59,278 nucleotides of DNA from SAR86 cluster bacterium (GCA_018607365.1 JABBBT010000033.1:1-59278); one strand, 5' to 3'. Counted from the stretch's first letter, positions 28,458 through 39,097 are shown. Numbers and translations: made by a program. Notes: a model not told the origin generated them from the letters alone.

Positions 28458-29222
28458 ATGCCAATAATTAAAGCTAACAACCTTGTAAAAACATACAAGG
28501 ATCCAAAAGATTCAAATAAATACCTTAAAGCTGTTGATGGAATATCTCTGTCTATTAATGCAGGGGAAATTTATGGGATATTAGGTCCTAACGGAGCAGG
28601 AAAAACTACAACACTTGAAATGTTAGAAGGTCTTAAAGATATAGATGATGGAACAGCTTTTATTAATTCAATTAATGTAAGTATTAATCCCTATCAAGTT
28701 AAGCAGGTTATTGGAGTCCAGCTTCAGGCAAATGAGTATTTCGATAATATGAGCTTATCCGAATTACTTAACTTATTTAGTGCCTTATACGGTTCATCAA
28801 ATGATCCCATGGAGCTTTTAAATAAAGTCAATTTAGGGGACAAAGCTAACGCAAAAGCAAACGAGCTATCAGGTGGTCAAAAGCAAAGATTTTCTATTGC
28901 CTGCGCATTGGTTAATAACCCACTAGTATTATTTTTAGACGAACCAACTACAGGGCTCGATCCACAGGCAAAGCGAAGCTTGTGGGACCTAGTCTTAGAT
29001 TTAAATAAAATGGGGATGACCATTGTTTTAACTACTCATAATATGGAAGAAGCTCAAGTATTATGCCAAAGAATAGCCATAATGGATTATGGAAAAATTA
29101 TTGCTGAAGATACTCCTCAAAATTTAATTCTACAACATGCTCCAGACAAGCAGAGAGAGGTCATTAGTGGAAATATGGAAGATGTTTTTATAGCTTTAAC
29201 AGGTCATGGATTAAGGGATTAA
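28458..29222 (+). CDS. ABC-2 type exporter ATP-binding protein
   Basis: GPNGAGKTT, LSGGQKQR, LFLDEPTTGLDP. Confidence 0.95.
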   Translation: MPIIKANNLVKTYKDPKDSNKYLKAVDGISLSINAGEIYGILGPNGAGKTTTLEMLEGLKDIDDGTAFINSINVSINPYQVKQVIGVQLQANEYFDNMSLSELLNLFSALYGSSNDPMELLNKVNLGDKANAKANELSGGQKQRFSIACALVNNPLVLFLDEPTTGLDPQAKRSLWDLVLDLNKMGMTIVLTTHNMEEAQVLCQRIAIMDYGKIIAEDTPQNLILQHAPDKQREVISGNMEDVFIALTGHGLRD

Positions 29223-29223
29223 C

Positions 29224-30312
29224 ATGTTTAATAAACCTCAAGCTTATTTAACAAAGGTATTTATCCAAATTTTTTTAAGAAATAAGCAATATATTATTTT
29301 TAGCCTCATTCTTCCTCTTTTAATTTTAGGAATAGTTGGGCTCAATGAGGGCGATACTGATCCTATAGATATTGGTTTAGTTAACAATTCTGAATCAAAC
29401 TTATCTCAAGAATTTATAGAGCAATTGACTTCGAGTAATCTATTTAATGTTGAACAAGACAGCGAAGATAAATTACGAACAGATTTAATTAATGGTGACT
29501 TGATGGTTGTATTAATTATTCCTAGAGCCATGGATATTGAAGTAGACAATTTAGATATTAAGCTTTTGGTAGATAAATCTCAAACTCAATTTATTCAGAC
29601 CATAGAACCAATTCTTAATCAATCTCTCTTATCTATTGAGCGTCAAATCACGGGTAATATTCCTATGTTTAAATTGGTAGTAGAGGATGTTAAATCAAGA
29701 ACATTAAGTTATATCGATTTTCTTTTACCAGGAATTATGGCTTTTATGCTAATGAACTTGAGTATTGCTGGAAGTGGTTTTAATGTAGTTGAATTTAGGC
29801 GAAGGGGCATTCTTAAGCGTCTTTTTGTTACCCCAATAAAACCTATTGATTTTGTTATAGCTATAGTAATAGCAAGAATGGTAATAGTTTTGGGTCAGTT
29901 GAGTATTATTTTTAGTTTTGCTTTATTTATATTGGATGTAAATGTAGTTGGCAATATTTTTAATTTATATTTCGTGATAGTGTTCGGTATTCTAATGTTT
30001 TTAACTTTAGGTTTTTCATTAGGTAGCTTAGCAAAAACACAAGAAAGCGTTGGAGTTATGGCAACAATATTTATATACCCACAATTAGTATTATCAGGGG
30101 TGTTTTTTCCTTTAGAATCCTTACCAGTATTCATACAACCATTCGCAGAAATTTTACCTCTAACCTTGGTAGCTGATGCAATGAGATCAATTGCTAACGA
30201 CGGACTGCAGCTAATGGATATTTATTCAAACTTTATCGGTATAGCGTTTTGGATAGTTATTGGGATGCTAGTTTCTACAAAGTTATTTGTTTGGAAAGAG
30301 GTGGCTGGCTAA
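29224..30312 (+). CDS. ABC-2 type exporter permease
   Basis: YIDFLLPG, RRGILKRLFVTP, LSGVFFP...ILPLT. Confidence 0.92.
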   Translation: MFNKPQAYLTKVFIQIFLRNKQYIIFSLILPLLILGIVGLNEGDTDPIDIGLVNNSESNLSQEFIEQLTSSNLFNVEQDSEDKLRTDLINGDLMVVLIIPRAMDIEVDNLDIKLLVDKSQTQFIQTIEPILNQSLLSIERQITGNIPMFKLVVEDVKSRTLSYIDFLLPGIMAFMLMNLSIAGSGFNVVEFRRRGILKRLFVTPIKPIDFVIAIVIARMVIVLGQLSIIFSFALFILDVNVVGNIFNLYFVIVFGILMFLTLGFSLGSLAKTQESVGVMATIFIYPQLVLSGVFFPLESLPVFIQPFAEILPLTLVADAMRSIANDGLQLMDIYSNFIGIAFWIVIGMLVSTKLFVWKEVAG

Positions 30313-30327
30313 ATTATATAAATTTTT

Positions 30328-30765
30328 TTACAAGCTATTTATATAAGACTCCAATCTGTCTTTATTCATAACAAATGAAGACTTCTTGATTTCTGCAATA
30401 GCTTTTAATGACTCTAAATTGTCAACATTTTTTCCTACTCTAATTAGCCCTACCATAGCCATCATAGAATGTGGCGTACATTGATAACCGTAAACACCTG
30501 GCACATCAAATGTAACACTTATATTTTTACTTAAAGACCCACTCCAAGACGATGCACCATTTGGGATCATGCCGTCAATTGACTCAGAGTTATGAGCAGC
30601 ATCAGTTGCTTCAAAGATAACAGTATCACCAACATCAACATCAAGAACAGATGGCTCAAAAATCATAATACCTTCAGGGCCTTGATTAAGCATTTTAACT
30701 ATATGAGTTTCAGCCGTTATACCTAGGCTGATAAAAAAAGTTATAGTTATAAATATATTTTTCAT
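30328..30765 (-). CDS. Pseudoazurin-like blue copper protein
   Basis: Signal peptide; HIVKMLN, MIFEP, HNSES, CTPHSMMAM (C-x2-H-x4-M). Confidence 0.9.
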   Translation of the reverse strand: MKNIFITITFFISLGITAETHIVKMLNQGPEGIMIFEPSVLDVDVGDTVIFEATDAAHNSESIDGMIPNGASSWSGSLSKNISVTFDVPGVYGYQCTPHSMMAMVGLIRVGKNVDNLESLKAIAEIKKSSFVMNKDRLESYINSL

Positions 30766-30917
30766 AATAGTTTCTCAGTAATAATTAATAAAATTGTAAT
30801 GATAGATAAGAAAAGAAATCCTAAAATAATAGATGTTATTAATATCTTAAGAGGGGAAGGAGAAAAGCTATCATCACCACCACCAACTCCTATCAAAAGT
30901 TTGAAAACTCTAATCAA
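30762..30917 (-). CDS. Unannotated 51-aa single-TM protein (DUF2970-like, tentative)
   Basis: TTG start overlaps the upstream ORF end; MIRVFKLLIGVGGGDDSFSPSPLKILITSIILGFLFLSIITILLIITEKLL; its TGA overlaps the pseudoazurin ATG (ATGA). Confidence 0.7.
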   Translation of the reverse strand: MIRVFKLLIGVGGGDDSFSPSPLKILITSIILGFLFLSIITILLIITEKLL

Positions 30918-31092
30918 AGACTATTCCAGTAAGCATCATAGAAAATAGCATTAAAGCCAACACAACTACTTGTATAGCAGCAGGTATAACTACAAACATT
31001 ACTAATGGATCAAACTTCATTGCCATAAAATAGTCTGTTTGACTCCATTCTAAAGCCTCTTGAGGGGTGGCGTTCTTAACTTGCGTGTTCAA
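30910..31092 (-). CDS. Small single-TM hypothetical protein
   Basis: 60 aa, TTG start with GGAG upstream, C-terminal hydrophobic helix. Confidence 0.7.
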   Translation of the reverse strand: MNTQVKNATPQEALEWSQTDYFMAMKFDPLVMFVVIPAAIQVVVLALMLFSMMLTGIVFD

Positions 31093-31231
31093 TATATAGC
31101 TCCATATGTTGTTAAAACGTCTTTATTATATATATTTATAATTATATATCAATAAAACTTATAATATTAATTGTATTATTTAATTCATATAGAATAAAAA
31201 AAATATATAATATTTTTTTAAGGAAAATCAA

Positions 31232-32422
31232 ATGGCATCTACTCCCAAATTTTTAATATTTTTTAATGTAATATTTCTTGCCTCATTAAGTTCAAGTGAT
31301 ATGTATTACCCTGAAAACGTATGGGAACTATCATCCCCAGAAAGCCAAAATGTTGACTCAGAAAAAGTTAATAAACTTATAAATCTATCTTTTAATGATC
31401 AGTCTACTTTGGGCGTAGTTATTATAAAAAATGGAAAAATTATTGGAGAAAGATATGCAGATGGTTATGACTCCTCTTCTCATGGAACATCATGGTCAAT
31501 GGCTAAAAGTTACTATGCAGCTCTGATTGGTATCTCTATTGAAAAAGGTGAGATAGGAAGCCTTGATGATAAAGTTGGAAAGTACCTTAACTATTATAAT
31601 GACGAAAGATCAGAGATCACAATTAGGGATCTTTTAGATATGTCTAGTGGTTTAGATTTCCCTGCCCATGAACATGAAAAAATGTTTTTTCAAAGCAATC
31701 ATTTGGATTATGCAAAATCTGTTGGAGTTGAAAAAAATGCAGGTCTTAAATGGGAATATAACAATGTAAATTCAATGATTATTGGTGATATTCTCCATTC
31801 TGTAACTGGAGTTAAAGCGGACAAGCTTCTTTCTAAAAGAATATTTGAACCAATTGGAATGAAAGATTTTAAACTTTGGAAAGATGAATATGGAAATGTT
31901 CTTACTTACTGTTGCGTAGATATGTCTGCCCAAGAGTATTCAAAGTTTGGCTTACTATTTGCTAGAAACGGTCAATGGAACGGAAAGCAAATAATACCTA
32001 AGGCTTTTATAGATGAGACATTTAAAGTTGTTTGGGGCTTCACGCCAGAAAGTCCAAGAAGAGGCTATTCATTGCATTGGTGGATTTCTAAACATGACGA
32101 TGAAAGTAAAATATTTAATACGTCTGGTAAGTTTGGCCAATACACCTTTGTAGATAGAGAAAATGATGTTGTTTTTACAAGAATAACTAAATACGCTCAA
32201 AATAATGATGGCGATATTCAAAAATGGGGGCCGCTAAAATATTTTAGATGGGCAGGAGTATCAACCGCTGTAATGACAGCGAGAACCCTTTTAGACCTTG
32301 GTATTATTAAAGAGGGGACTGATGTAGTAACTCCTATAACTGAAGAAATAGGCGAGTCTAAAGAGTTTTACCAAGATTATGAAAAAATTATAGATGCAAT
32401 GGCAGACTTAAGTAGAGATTAA
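31232..32422 (+). CDS. Serine hydrolase, beta-lactamase/class C-like family
   Basis: SWSMAKS (SxxK), LLDMSSG, WEYNN, SGKFGQ; signal peptide. Confidence 0.9.
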   Translation: MASTPKFLIFFNVIFLASLSSSDMYYPENVWELSSPESQNVDSEKVNKLINLSFNDQSTLGVVIIKNGKIIGERYADGYDSSSHGTSWSMAKSYYAALIGISIEKGEIGSLDDKVGKYLNYYNDERSEITIRDLLDMSSGLDFPAHEHEKMFFQSNHLDYAKSVGVEKNAGLKWEYNNVNSMIIGDILHSVTGVKADKLLSKRIFEPIGMKDFKLWKDEYGNVLTYCCVDMSAQEYSKFGLLFARNGQWNGKQIIPKAFIDETFKVVWGFTPESPRRGYSLHWWISKHDDESKIFNTSGKFGQYTFVDRENDVVFTRITKYAQNNDGDIQKWGPLKYFRWAGVSTAVMTARTLLDLGIIKEGTDVVTPITEEIGESKEFYQDYEKIIDAMADLSRD

Positions 32423-32601
32423 TCTTCTTTCTGTTTTTTTATTAAATAAGCTCCCATATCTTTTTTCCATTCTTCAAGATAGTAGCCGTCATTGCCATGC
32501 TTGTTTAGATATTTAAAAAAAACCCTCCCATCTTCATCTTCAAAACCAGCCTCAAAAGGTTTTCCTGTTAGCTTATTTGGTCTTTTAAAAGAATCATCCA
32601 T
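32419..32601 (-). CDS. Small hypothetical protein
   Basis: 60 aa, start overlaps upstream ORF stop; NKLTGKPFEAGFEDEDGRVF. Confidence 0.7.
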   Translation of the reverse strand: MDDSFKRPNKLTGKPFEAGFEDEDGRVFFKYLNKHGNDGYYLEEWKKDMGAYLIKKQKED

Positions 32602-32893
32602 TATTTTTTATTATTTGTTTAAAAATTAGAGCAACTTCTTTTGTTCTATCTTTAGATCTTTTAGATAAAGAAAAATACTCATCTATTAATGAGTATAAGA
32701 GGTAATGCGGTTGTTCTGAGTATTTTACTCCATCTGCAAATGATACAAATGCAACAGTTTTCTTATTATTAAACTTTTTTAAATTATGCTTTTTGTCATG
32801 CATAGTGATGCAGACTTTTTTAATTTTTTTAAAATACTCTTCAAGACTTTCGTCTTCAAGCATAGTTGGAAATTTCAACCTAAGTCCAGACAA
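32594..32893 (-). CDS. Hypothetical protein (start uncertain)
   Basis: Up to 99-aa ORF that fills the gap in a minus-strand operon. Confidence 0.6.
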   Translation of the reverse strand: MSGLRLKFPTMLEDESLEEYFKKIKKVCITMHDKKHNLKKFNNKKTVAFVSFADGVKYSEQPHYLLYSLIDEYFSLSKRSKDRTKEVALIFKQIIKNNG

Positions 32894-34646
32894 ATAAAAT
32901 CATTGGAATCGAAACAGTAATAATTAGTAAATCTAATGGTAGGCCTAACCTCCAATAATCAGTAAATTTATAGTTACCAGGTCCCATTATTACAGTATTA
33001 CATTGATGACCAATAGGCGTTAAAAATGCACAGCTTGCACCCACTGCCACGACCATTAAGAAAGGTTCAATTGCATAACCTAGCTCTATTGCAATTCCTG
33101 CAGAGATTGGAGCCATTATTACTGCCGTTGCTGCATTATTTATAATATCAGTAGTGGCCATTGTTATGACTAATATCAAAAATAATAACCAAAAGAGACT
33201 CATATCAGCTGCATATAATGAGATGTTTGATGATATTACATCACTCAGGCCGGTTGTCTGAAGAGCAGTTCCAATTGGAATCATTGCAGCAAGCATTATT
33301 ATTATTGGCCAATCAATATCTCTATAGAAATTGCTATCAATAATTTTAATTCTAGCAAAGCCTAAAACACATAAAAGAAATGCTGCTGATGTTGGAAGAA
33401 CATTTAAGGCAACTAAGATAATCGAAGTCGTAAAAAATACTAAACCTTTTAATAATCTACTTCTACTAGGAATTGTTTGAAGTTCTCTCTGTCTTAGAGG
33501 CATTAGGCCAAGATGTTTTATTTTATTAGTTACGTCTTCTTCATCAAGATCCCTAACACCTAAAAGCAACACATCTCCTGCTCTAAATGTTTCTCTAGTT
33601 AGCCTTGTTCTATATCTTGCTCCTTTTCTCCAAAGACCAAGTAGATTGAGCTCTTCATATGCGAGTTTTAAGAAAAAATCATACTTTCTTCCAATTAATC
33701 TAGAGCCTGGGGTTATCATGGCTTCAATTTCTTCTAAATCTTCATCTTTAAAAGAGTGAAGCTCCTCTGGAATAGAAAAACCAAATACATCAAGAATTGT
33801 TCCAATTTCATCGGGTGGGGTTTTAATTACAAGGATTTGATCGGGTTTAATTCTTAAATTATTTTTAACTTTCTTCACACCCCCTGACTCACTTACTATG
33901 CCAATAACTTCTGTATCCTCGCCAGCTTCTTTTTTAAATGCGGATAAGGTCATTCCAATAGCTGAACTGTCTTCATTTACTGATACTTCAAATAAATACC
34001 CCTTAAGATCTATTAACGCTGAGCCTGAATTAGAATTTTCTCTTAGTTGAATAAATTTATTTCCAATAACAGCGATAAATACAATACTTAGAAGTGTAAT
34101 GACGAGACCAACATAGGAAAAATCAAAAAAATTGAAGCCAGCACTTGAAATTGTTGATTTATACTCAGAAATAATTATGTTTGGAGGCGTTCCAATGGTT
34201 GTATTCATTCCACCTAAAATACAGGCAAATGCGAGTGGCATTAAAAATCTAGAAGGGTGCCAGTCCATCTTTTGACAAATATTTAGTGTTATAGGAAGAA
34301 GAATGGCAAGGGCACCAATATTATTAATAAATGAAGATAATATTGCAGCTATTAACAACAGAGAAATCAAAAATTGAAATTTAGTAAAACTCCTTCCGCC
34401 AATAATTTTTCCAACAAGGCCTGTTAGCCCAGAATTTTTTAGGCCTTGGCTAATAATAAGTACCAGTGCAACGGTAATAACGGCAGGATGGGCAAAGCCA
34501 TCAAATGCTTGATTTGAAGGAATAACTCCTAAAATAATAAGTGTGACCAAGGCAGCTGACGCTAAGGCATCATATCTAAATTTACCCCAAATAAATAAAC
34601 CTAATAATGAAACAATTGTTATCGATAATATATATTGGTCACTCAT
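32880..34646 (-). CDS. SLC13/CitMHS-type permease with TrkA-C domains
   Basis: SSFINNIG, IGTPPNIII, TDIINNAA, FLTPIGHQCN, GPGNYKFTDYWRLGLP. Confidence 0.92.
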   Translation of the reverse strand: MSDQYILSITIVSLLGLFIWGKFRYDALASAALVTLIILGVIPSNQAFDGFAHPAVITVALVLIISQGLKNSGLTGLVGKIIGGRSFTKFQFLISLLLIAAILSSFINNIGALAILLPITLNICQKMDWHPSRFLMPLAFACILGGMNTTIGTPPNIIISEYKSTISSAGFNFFDFSYVGLVITLLSIVFIAVIGNKFIQLRENSNSGSALIDLKGYLFEVSVNEDSSAIGMTLSAFKKEAGEDTEVIGIVSESGGVKKVKNNLRIKPDQILVIKTPPDEIGTILDVFGFSIPEELHSFKDEDLEEIEAMITPGSRLIGRKYDFFLKLAYEELNLLGLWRKGARYRTRLTRETFRAGDVLLLGVRDLDEEDVTNKIKHLGLMPLRQRELQTIPSRSRLLKGLVFFTTSIILVALNVLPTSAAFLLCVLGFARIKIIDSNFYRDIDWPIIIMLAAMIPIGTALQTTGLSDVISSNISLYAADMSLFWLLFLILVITMATTDIINNAATAVIMAPISAGIAIELGYAIEPFLMVVAVGASCAFLTPIGHQCNTVIMGPGNYKFTDYWRLGLPLDLLIITVSIPMILFVWT

Positions 34647-34664
34647 TAAGAAGTATTGATATTG

Positions 34665-35750
34665 TTATTTAGGCATACTCTCAACATAAAGTGATGTTGA
34701 TGGGTATGCAAATTCTGAATTATTAGCTTTAACAATTTTCATAATATTAAATATCAGATTTTCTTTCACTTCATTGTATGCTGCAAAGCCCACCGGGTCT
34801 GAGTAGGCAACAATTAAAATATCAATAGAACTAGCACCTAACTCAACAACTCTTACTACTGGATCTAAGTCAGGATCAGATACAAAGTCGTCACTATTGA
34901 TAATATATTCCTTGATTTCTGTTCGTATTAACTCTAATTGCTCAACAGAGGTAGAGTAGATCAAATTGATTTTCCAATTTAGTCTTCTGTTAAACATATC
35001 TCCGTGATTAATAACTTTTACATCAGAGAGATCTTTATTTGGTATTGTCATTGGTGCAGTATCAAATGTTCTTATGACCGTTGATCTAAAACCAATTGTC
35101 TCAACTATTCCATGAAGTTGTCCTGACACCTCTATACGATCTCCTGGTTGAAATCTGTGTTCACCAATTATAAGAATTCCAGCTATTAAATTTTTAAAGA
35201 AATCTTGAGCTCCAAGAGCAACTGCTACAGAAAAAAGTCCCAGTCCGGCTACTAATGGACCAATTTGAATACCAAAAATATCTAAAATTATTGCTATACC
35301 AATTACCCAAACTAAGAAACGTGATGCTCTTTCTAGCCACATTTGCATTGATGCAGTAAGCCAAGCGCTAGTAGATAGAGCAACAAAAATAGGCTTTACA
35401 GCATTAGAAAGGGCACTAAAAATAGTAAAAATGACAAAAGCCTTAACAATGTTTGTAGCAATATCCCCAACAAGACCCTCAATAGGCAAGATTAATGTAC
35501 ACAAATAAAAGGCAATCGTAACGGGTATGAGTCCTATTGGTTTTCGAAGCGCACTCAGTATCTCATCATCAATTTTTGATTCTGTCTTATCAGCTAGCCT
35601 ACCTAATGCATTTAATATTACAGAAATAACGAAACCTCTGAATAAAAATGCTATTAAAATAACAGCTAGTGAGGATATTATTGAGCCTAGGTCTATTCCC
35701 AGAAAACCTCTATTCCAAACCTGACTAACCAGTTCTAAAAAATTGTCCAT
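34665..35750 (-). CDS. Small-conductance mechanosensitive channel (MscS family)
   Basis: AGLGLFSVAVALGAQD, FQPGDRI, IGFRST, IPN, FAYPS. Confidence 0.93.
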   Translation of the reverse strand: MDNFLELVSQVWNRGFLGIDLGSIISSLAVILIAFLFRGFVISVILNALGRLADKTESKIDDEILSALRKPIGLIPVTIAFYLCTLILPIEGLVGDIATNIVKAFVIFTIFSALSNAVKPIFVALSTSAWLTASMQMWLERASRFLVWVIGIAIILDIFGIQIGPLVAGLGLFSVAVALGAQDFFKNLIAGILIIGEHRFQPGDRIEVSGQLHGIVETIGFRSTVIRTFDTAPMTIPNKDLSDVKVINHGDMFNRRLNWKINLIYSTSVEQLELIRTEIKEYIINSDDFVSDPDLDPVVRVVELGASSIDILIVAYSDPVGFAAYNEVKENLIFNIMKIVKANNSEFAYPSTSLYVESMPK

Positions 35751-35815
35751 ATTTAATATTCCATTTTAATTACATTAAAAATCTTTTTGCCATATTAAGC
35801 AAAACTTATTTGATA

Positions 35816-36517
35816 CTATTTAGCCAACTTATCTTTAATAGCATATGGTATATATATTAAATAGAACATTGCTATTGCAAGTGGCGTAGTGATTAAAAGA
35901 TGAAGGGGAGGTTCTGGAAATGCATCCATTAAGCTTGCGCCTGCAGGTTTCGCTATTAAGTACCAATAATTAGCTGGCTCTCCCAGTATAAGATTAATTA
36001 AATATACTATAGGAAGAAGAACAAAGGCTGTTATTGCAGAGACAGTTAATATATCTTTTGCATAAGGACGGTTTCCAAGAGATATTGTTGCATACATAAT
36101 TCCTATAATAATCATTCCGTGACCTATCATAAAAAATGCATAATCAAGATCAATAACTGGAATATCTGGGGTAATAATTGCCATAGATGCTCCAGCTAAT
36201 CCCCAAAAAAATGCACATTTATAAAGAATTTTTGGACCACCTAAAAGAAAAGTTGCTAAAAATATTTCAGATAAATCACACATATGTATTGGTAAAATTT
36301 CTCTCCAGTTATAAGGATTTTGAAGAAGGTATAAATCTTTATAGGGTGAAATAATTACATGCGACAAGATAATAAAAGCAATAATTTTAGAAATTAATGA
36401 CTTGTTTGATGTGGATTGATTTTTGCAAGCTAAAGGGAGGAATATAGCAACAGATGCAATTAAAGCCATTGTTATTAAATGAATATTTCCAAAAAGTATA
36501 AAAGGACTAGCATTCAT
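35816..36517 (-). CDS. YwaF/TMEM164-like integral membrane protein
   Basis: LPIHMCD, AIITPD, FFMIGH, ANYWYL. Confidence 0.82.
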   Translation of the reverse strand: MNASPFILFGNIHLITMALIASVAIFLPLACKNQSTSNKSLISKIIAFIILSHVIISPYKDLYLLQNPYNWREILPIHMCDLSEIFLATFLLGGPKILYKCAFFWGLAGASMAIITPDIPVIDLDYAFFMIGHGMIIIGIMYATISLGNRPYAKDILTVSAITAFVLLPIVYLINLILGEPANYWYLIAKPAGASLMDAFPEPPLHLLITTPLAIAMFYLIYIPYAIKDKLAK

Positions 36518-36596
36518 ACCATCTCTCCCAAAAATAATAATATTCGTGATTATAAATGTTTTTAAATATTATCTCCAAAAAAAACAAGGAAAGGAT

Positions 36597-38576
36597 TTAT
36601 TGGCTGATTATGTCTAGAACAAGATTTTCAGTAAGAATGGCTGGTAAAAGTATAGATTCATCCATTCCTGGCCTCCAAAATACATAAAGAGGCACTCCAC
36701 TTCTTCCATATGTATTTAGAACTTTTAATATTTCTTTGTCTCTATTAGTCCAATCAGCAACGACATATTCGATATTATTGCTTTCCATATAGTCCACAAC
36801 AGATGGTCTTGAAAGGGCAATTTTGTCGTTTGCTTGACAGGTAATACACCATGCAGCAGTGAAGTTAATTAAATAAGCCTGGTCGTTTTCTTTAAATGTA
36901 TCTTCTATATTTAAATTCCATGAGAGCTTGTTGCTGGTATTTTTTGCTTGAACGACGTCGCTAATCTCAGCATTTTTTATTGTATATAATTGGTTTGTTG
37001 TAATGAGAAGCCCAATTAAAATTATTGATATTTTTATGTATTTAATTCTTAACTTGCTAAATACCCAAAAAAGTAGACTTATCATAAGGAGGCTAATTAG
37101 TAAGTTTATTAATGCATCCGTTCCGGCTTGAATGCTAAAAACCCATATTAACCATAGTGATGTTGCAAACATTGGAAAAGCAAAGAACTCTTTTAAAGTC
37201 TCCATCCATTGACCTGGTTTTGGAAGTGCTGAAATTAGCTCAGGCCTTACTGATAGTATTAAGTATGGAATACAAAAACCTAATCCAAGTGATATAAAGA
37301 TAGGTAATGTTACAAAAGATGGTTGAATCAATGCATAACCAATTGCCGCTCCCATGAATGGTGCAGTGCATGGAGATGCAACAATTACAGCTAAAACTCC
37401 AGTTAAAAAAGAACTCGAATAATCTGTTTTATTAGATCCCACACTACCAAGTCTGGTCAGTGATGCTCCGATATTAATATCCGATAGCAGAACAAGACCA
37501 ATCATAAACATTAATATGCTTAAGGTAGCAACTATAAGAGGTGACTGTAATTGAAAGCCCCAACCTATAAATAAACCACTATTTTTTAAAACCAACAAAA
37601 TAACAGCAATAGCTACAAATGACAAAATGACGCCAAGAGAAAATAGCAATGAGTGATTTCTTATTTTATTTTTTGATTCACCGCCCATAGAAATAAAACT
37701 TAATACTTTAAGAGATATGATAGGAAATACGCAGGGCATTAGGTTTAAGATTAATCCTCCTAAAAATGCAAAAAGAATTGCGGAAAGAACTGAAAGTGTC
37801 TCAGGTGATTCATCAGCTTGCGATAATGAGGCACTAATAATAAATGACTCATCATTAACATTTAAAATACCCTCAATAGATTTCGGTGTATCGATACCCT
37901 TATTTAGTGGAACTATGAGCAACCAATTATTTTCTTCTTTTATTAAAGTCTGTTCACTTGCATGAAGAACCGTGTCTCTTTGGTTGATATAAAAATATAT
38001 TTCTTCAACATCTTGATTGAATGAAAACCTCAATTCTAGATCATTATTTTTAAGGGTTGGTAAGACTGGTAAAGTAGTTGATGGTAATTCATTGAACGCG
38101 TCATCAAGTCTAGAATCATATAACAAATCAGCATAGGACGTTTCTATGAAGGCTCTTTCTGGGACGCATATATCATCACAAATAAGGAAATCTATATCGG
38201 CTATAAATCTCTCTGTCTCACTGCCTTGCGGAATATTTATTTTTATTGGAAATATAACAAAATTTTCATAGCCATATGTCATTAATGGTGGGTATGGAAT
38301 TAAGCTAGGTGTAGGCCATAAAATAGGGCCTATTTCGAAACTTTCAGGAACATCCCATGTAATCTCTACAGGTCCCCCTGAGTCTCCAGGATTTTTCCAA
38401 TAGGTATGCCAATGATTTTGCATATCCATCTTGATGCCAATAATTAATTCATTTGCAGCAGTTTGATTGATGGAACTCTTTACAATAGACACTTCAGCAT
38501 GTCCTGTGCTTACGGTATTAGCGAATATAAAGTTCGAGCAAGTAATTAGCAGCAAACAAAGCTTAATCATTTTCAT
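36597..38576 (-). CDS. dsbD: Protein-disulfide reductase DsbD family (start may be 38585, 38576 or 38570)
   Basis: WHTYWKNPGDSG, LICDDICVP, LNLMPCVFP, ASPCTAPF, FTAAWCITCQAN. Confidence 0.9.
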   Translation of the reverse strand: MKMIKLCLLLITCSNFIFANTVSTGHAEVSIVKSSINQTAANELIIGIKMDMQNHWHTYWKNPGDSGGPVEITWDVPESFEIGPILWPTPSLIPYPPLMTYGYENFVIFPIKINIPQGSETERFIADIDFLICDDICVPERAFIETSYADLLYDSRLDDAFNELPSTTLPVLPTLKNNDLELRFSFNQDVEEIYFYINQRDTVLHASEQTLIKEENNWLLIVPLNKGIDTPKSIEGILNVNDESFIISASLSQADESPETLSVLSAILFAFLGGLILNLMPCVFPIISLKVLSFISMGGESKNKIRNHSLLFSLGVILSFVAIAVILLVLKNSGLFIGWGFQLQSPLIVATLSILMFMIGLVLLSDINIGASLTRLGSVGSNKTDYSSSFLTGVLAVIVASPCTAPFMGAAIGYALIQPSFVTLPIFISLGLGFCIPYLILSVRPELISALPKPGQWMETLKEFFAFPMFATSLWLIWVFSIQAGTDALINLLISLLMISLLFWVFSKLRIKYIKISIILIGLLITTNQLYTIKNAEISDVVQAKNTSNKLSWNLNIEDTFKENDQAYLINFTAAWCITCQANDKIALSRPSVVDYMESNNIEYVVADWTNRDKEILKVLNTYGRSGVPLYVFWRPGMDESILLPAILTENLVLDIISQ

Positions 38577-38601
38577 ATAAAACATTTTACCTTATGAATT
38601 G

Positions 38602-38627
38602 AAAAGGGGCGCTTTTTGCGCCCCCTT
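38602..38627 (-). terminator. Intrinsic terminator after hsp20
   Basis: GGGGCGC/GCGCCCC stem followed by TTTT on the minus strand. Confidence 0.8.
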
Positions 38628-38644
38628 AAATATATTTAAAAAAT

Positions 38645-39097
38645 CTATTTGTTACTAATTCTTTTTGGAGATTTGATCTCAATTTTTTTAGATTTTTTTT
38701 CTTCTGGGATTATCTTTTCTAAATTAATAGTCAAAAGTCCATTTATTAATTCCGCACCTTGAACAATGACATCCTCTGAAAGAGTAAATTGTTGTTTAAA
38801 AGCTCTTTGTGCTATACCTTGATATACAACTTCATTCGTTCCATTCACTACTTCAGTTTTAGCTCCATCATAACTTATAGAAAGCACTCCATTTGCGAGC
38901 TCAACATCAATATCTTCTTTTGTAAGGCCTGCAACAGCAATTTCAATTGAAAAAAAGTTACCATCTTTTCTAATATTGTATGGGGGGTAGTTTGAAGATC
39001 TGTCTGTTGATTCAGATAGTCTTTGCAATCTATCAAATAGTGGTTCAAATCCTAGTACTCTTGTTGTAAACAACGGATCAGTAAAATTAAGTATCAT
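38645..39097 (-). CDS. ibpA: Small heat shock protein (IbpA-like Hsp20)
   Basis: LGFEPLFD, YPPYNI, IAVAG, YQGIAQRAF, NGLLTI. Confidence 0.92.
   Translation of the reverse strand: MILNFTDPLFTTRVLGFEPLFDRLQRLSESTDRSSNYPPYNIRKDGNFFSIEIAVAGLTKEDIDVELANGVLSISYDGAKTEVVNGTNEVVYQGIAQRAFKQQFTLSEDVIVQGAELINGLLTINLEKIIPEEKKSKKIEIKSPKRISNK

Noticed and set aside
31232-32422. Beta-lactam resistance gene
   Set aside because: SxxK hydrolase fold only; resembles the broad esterase/amidase group, with no evidence for beta-lactamase activity.
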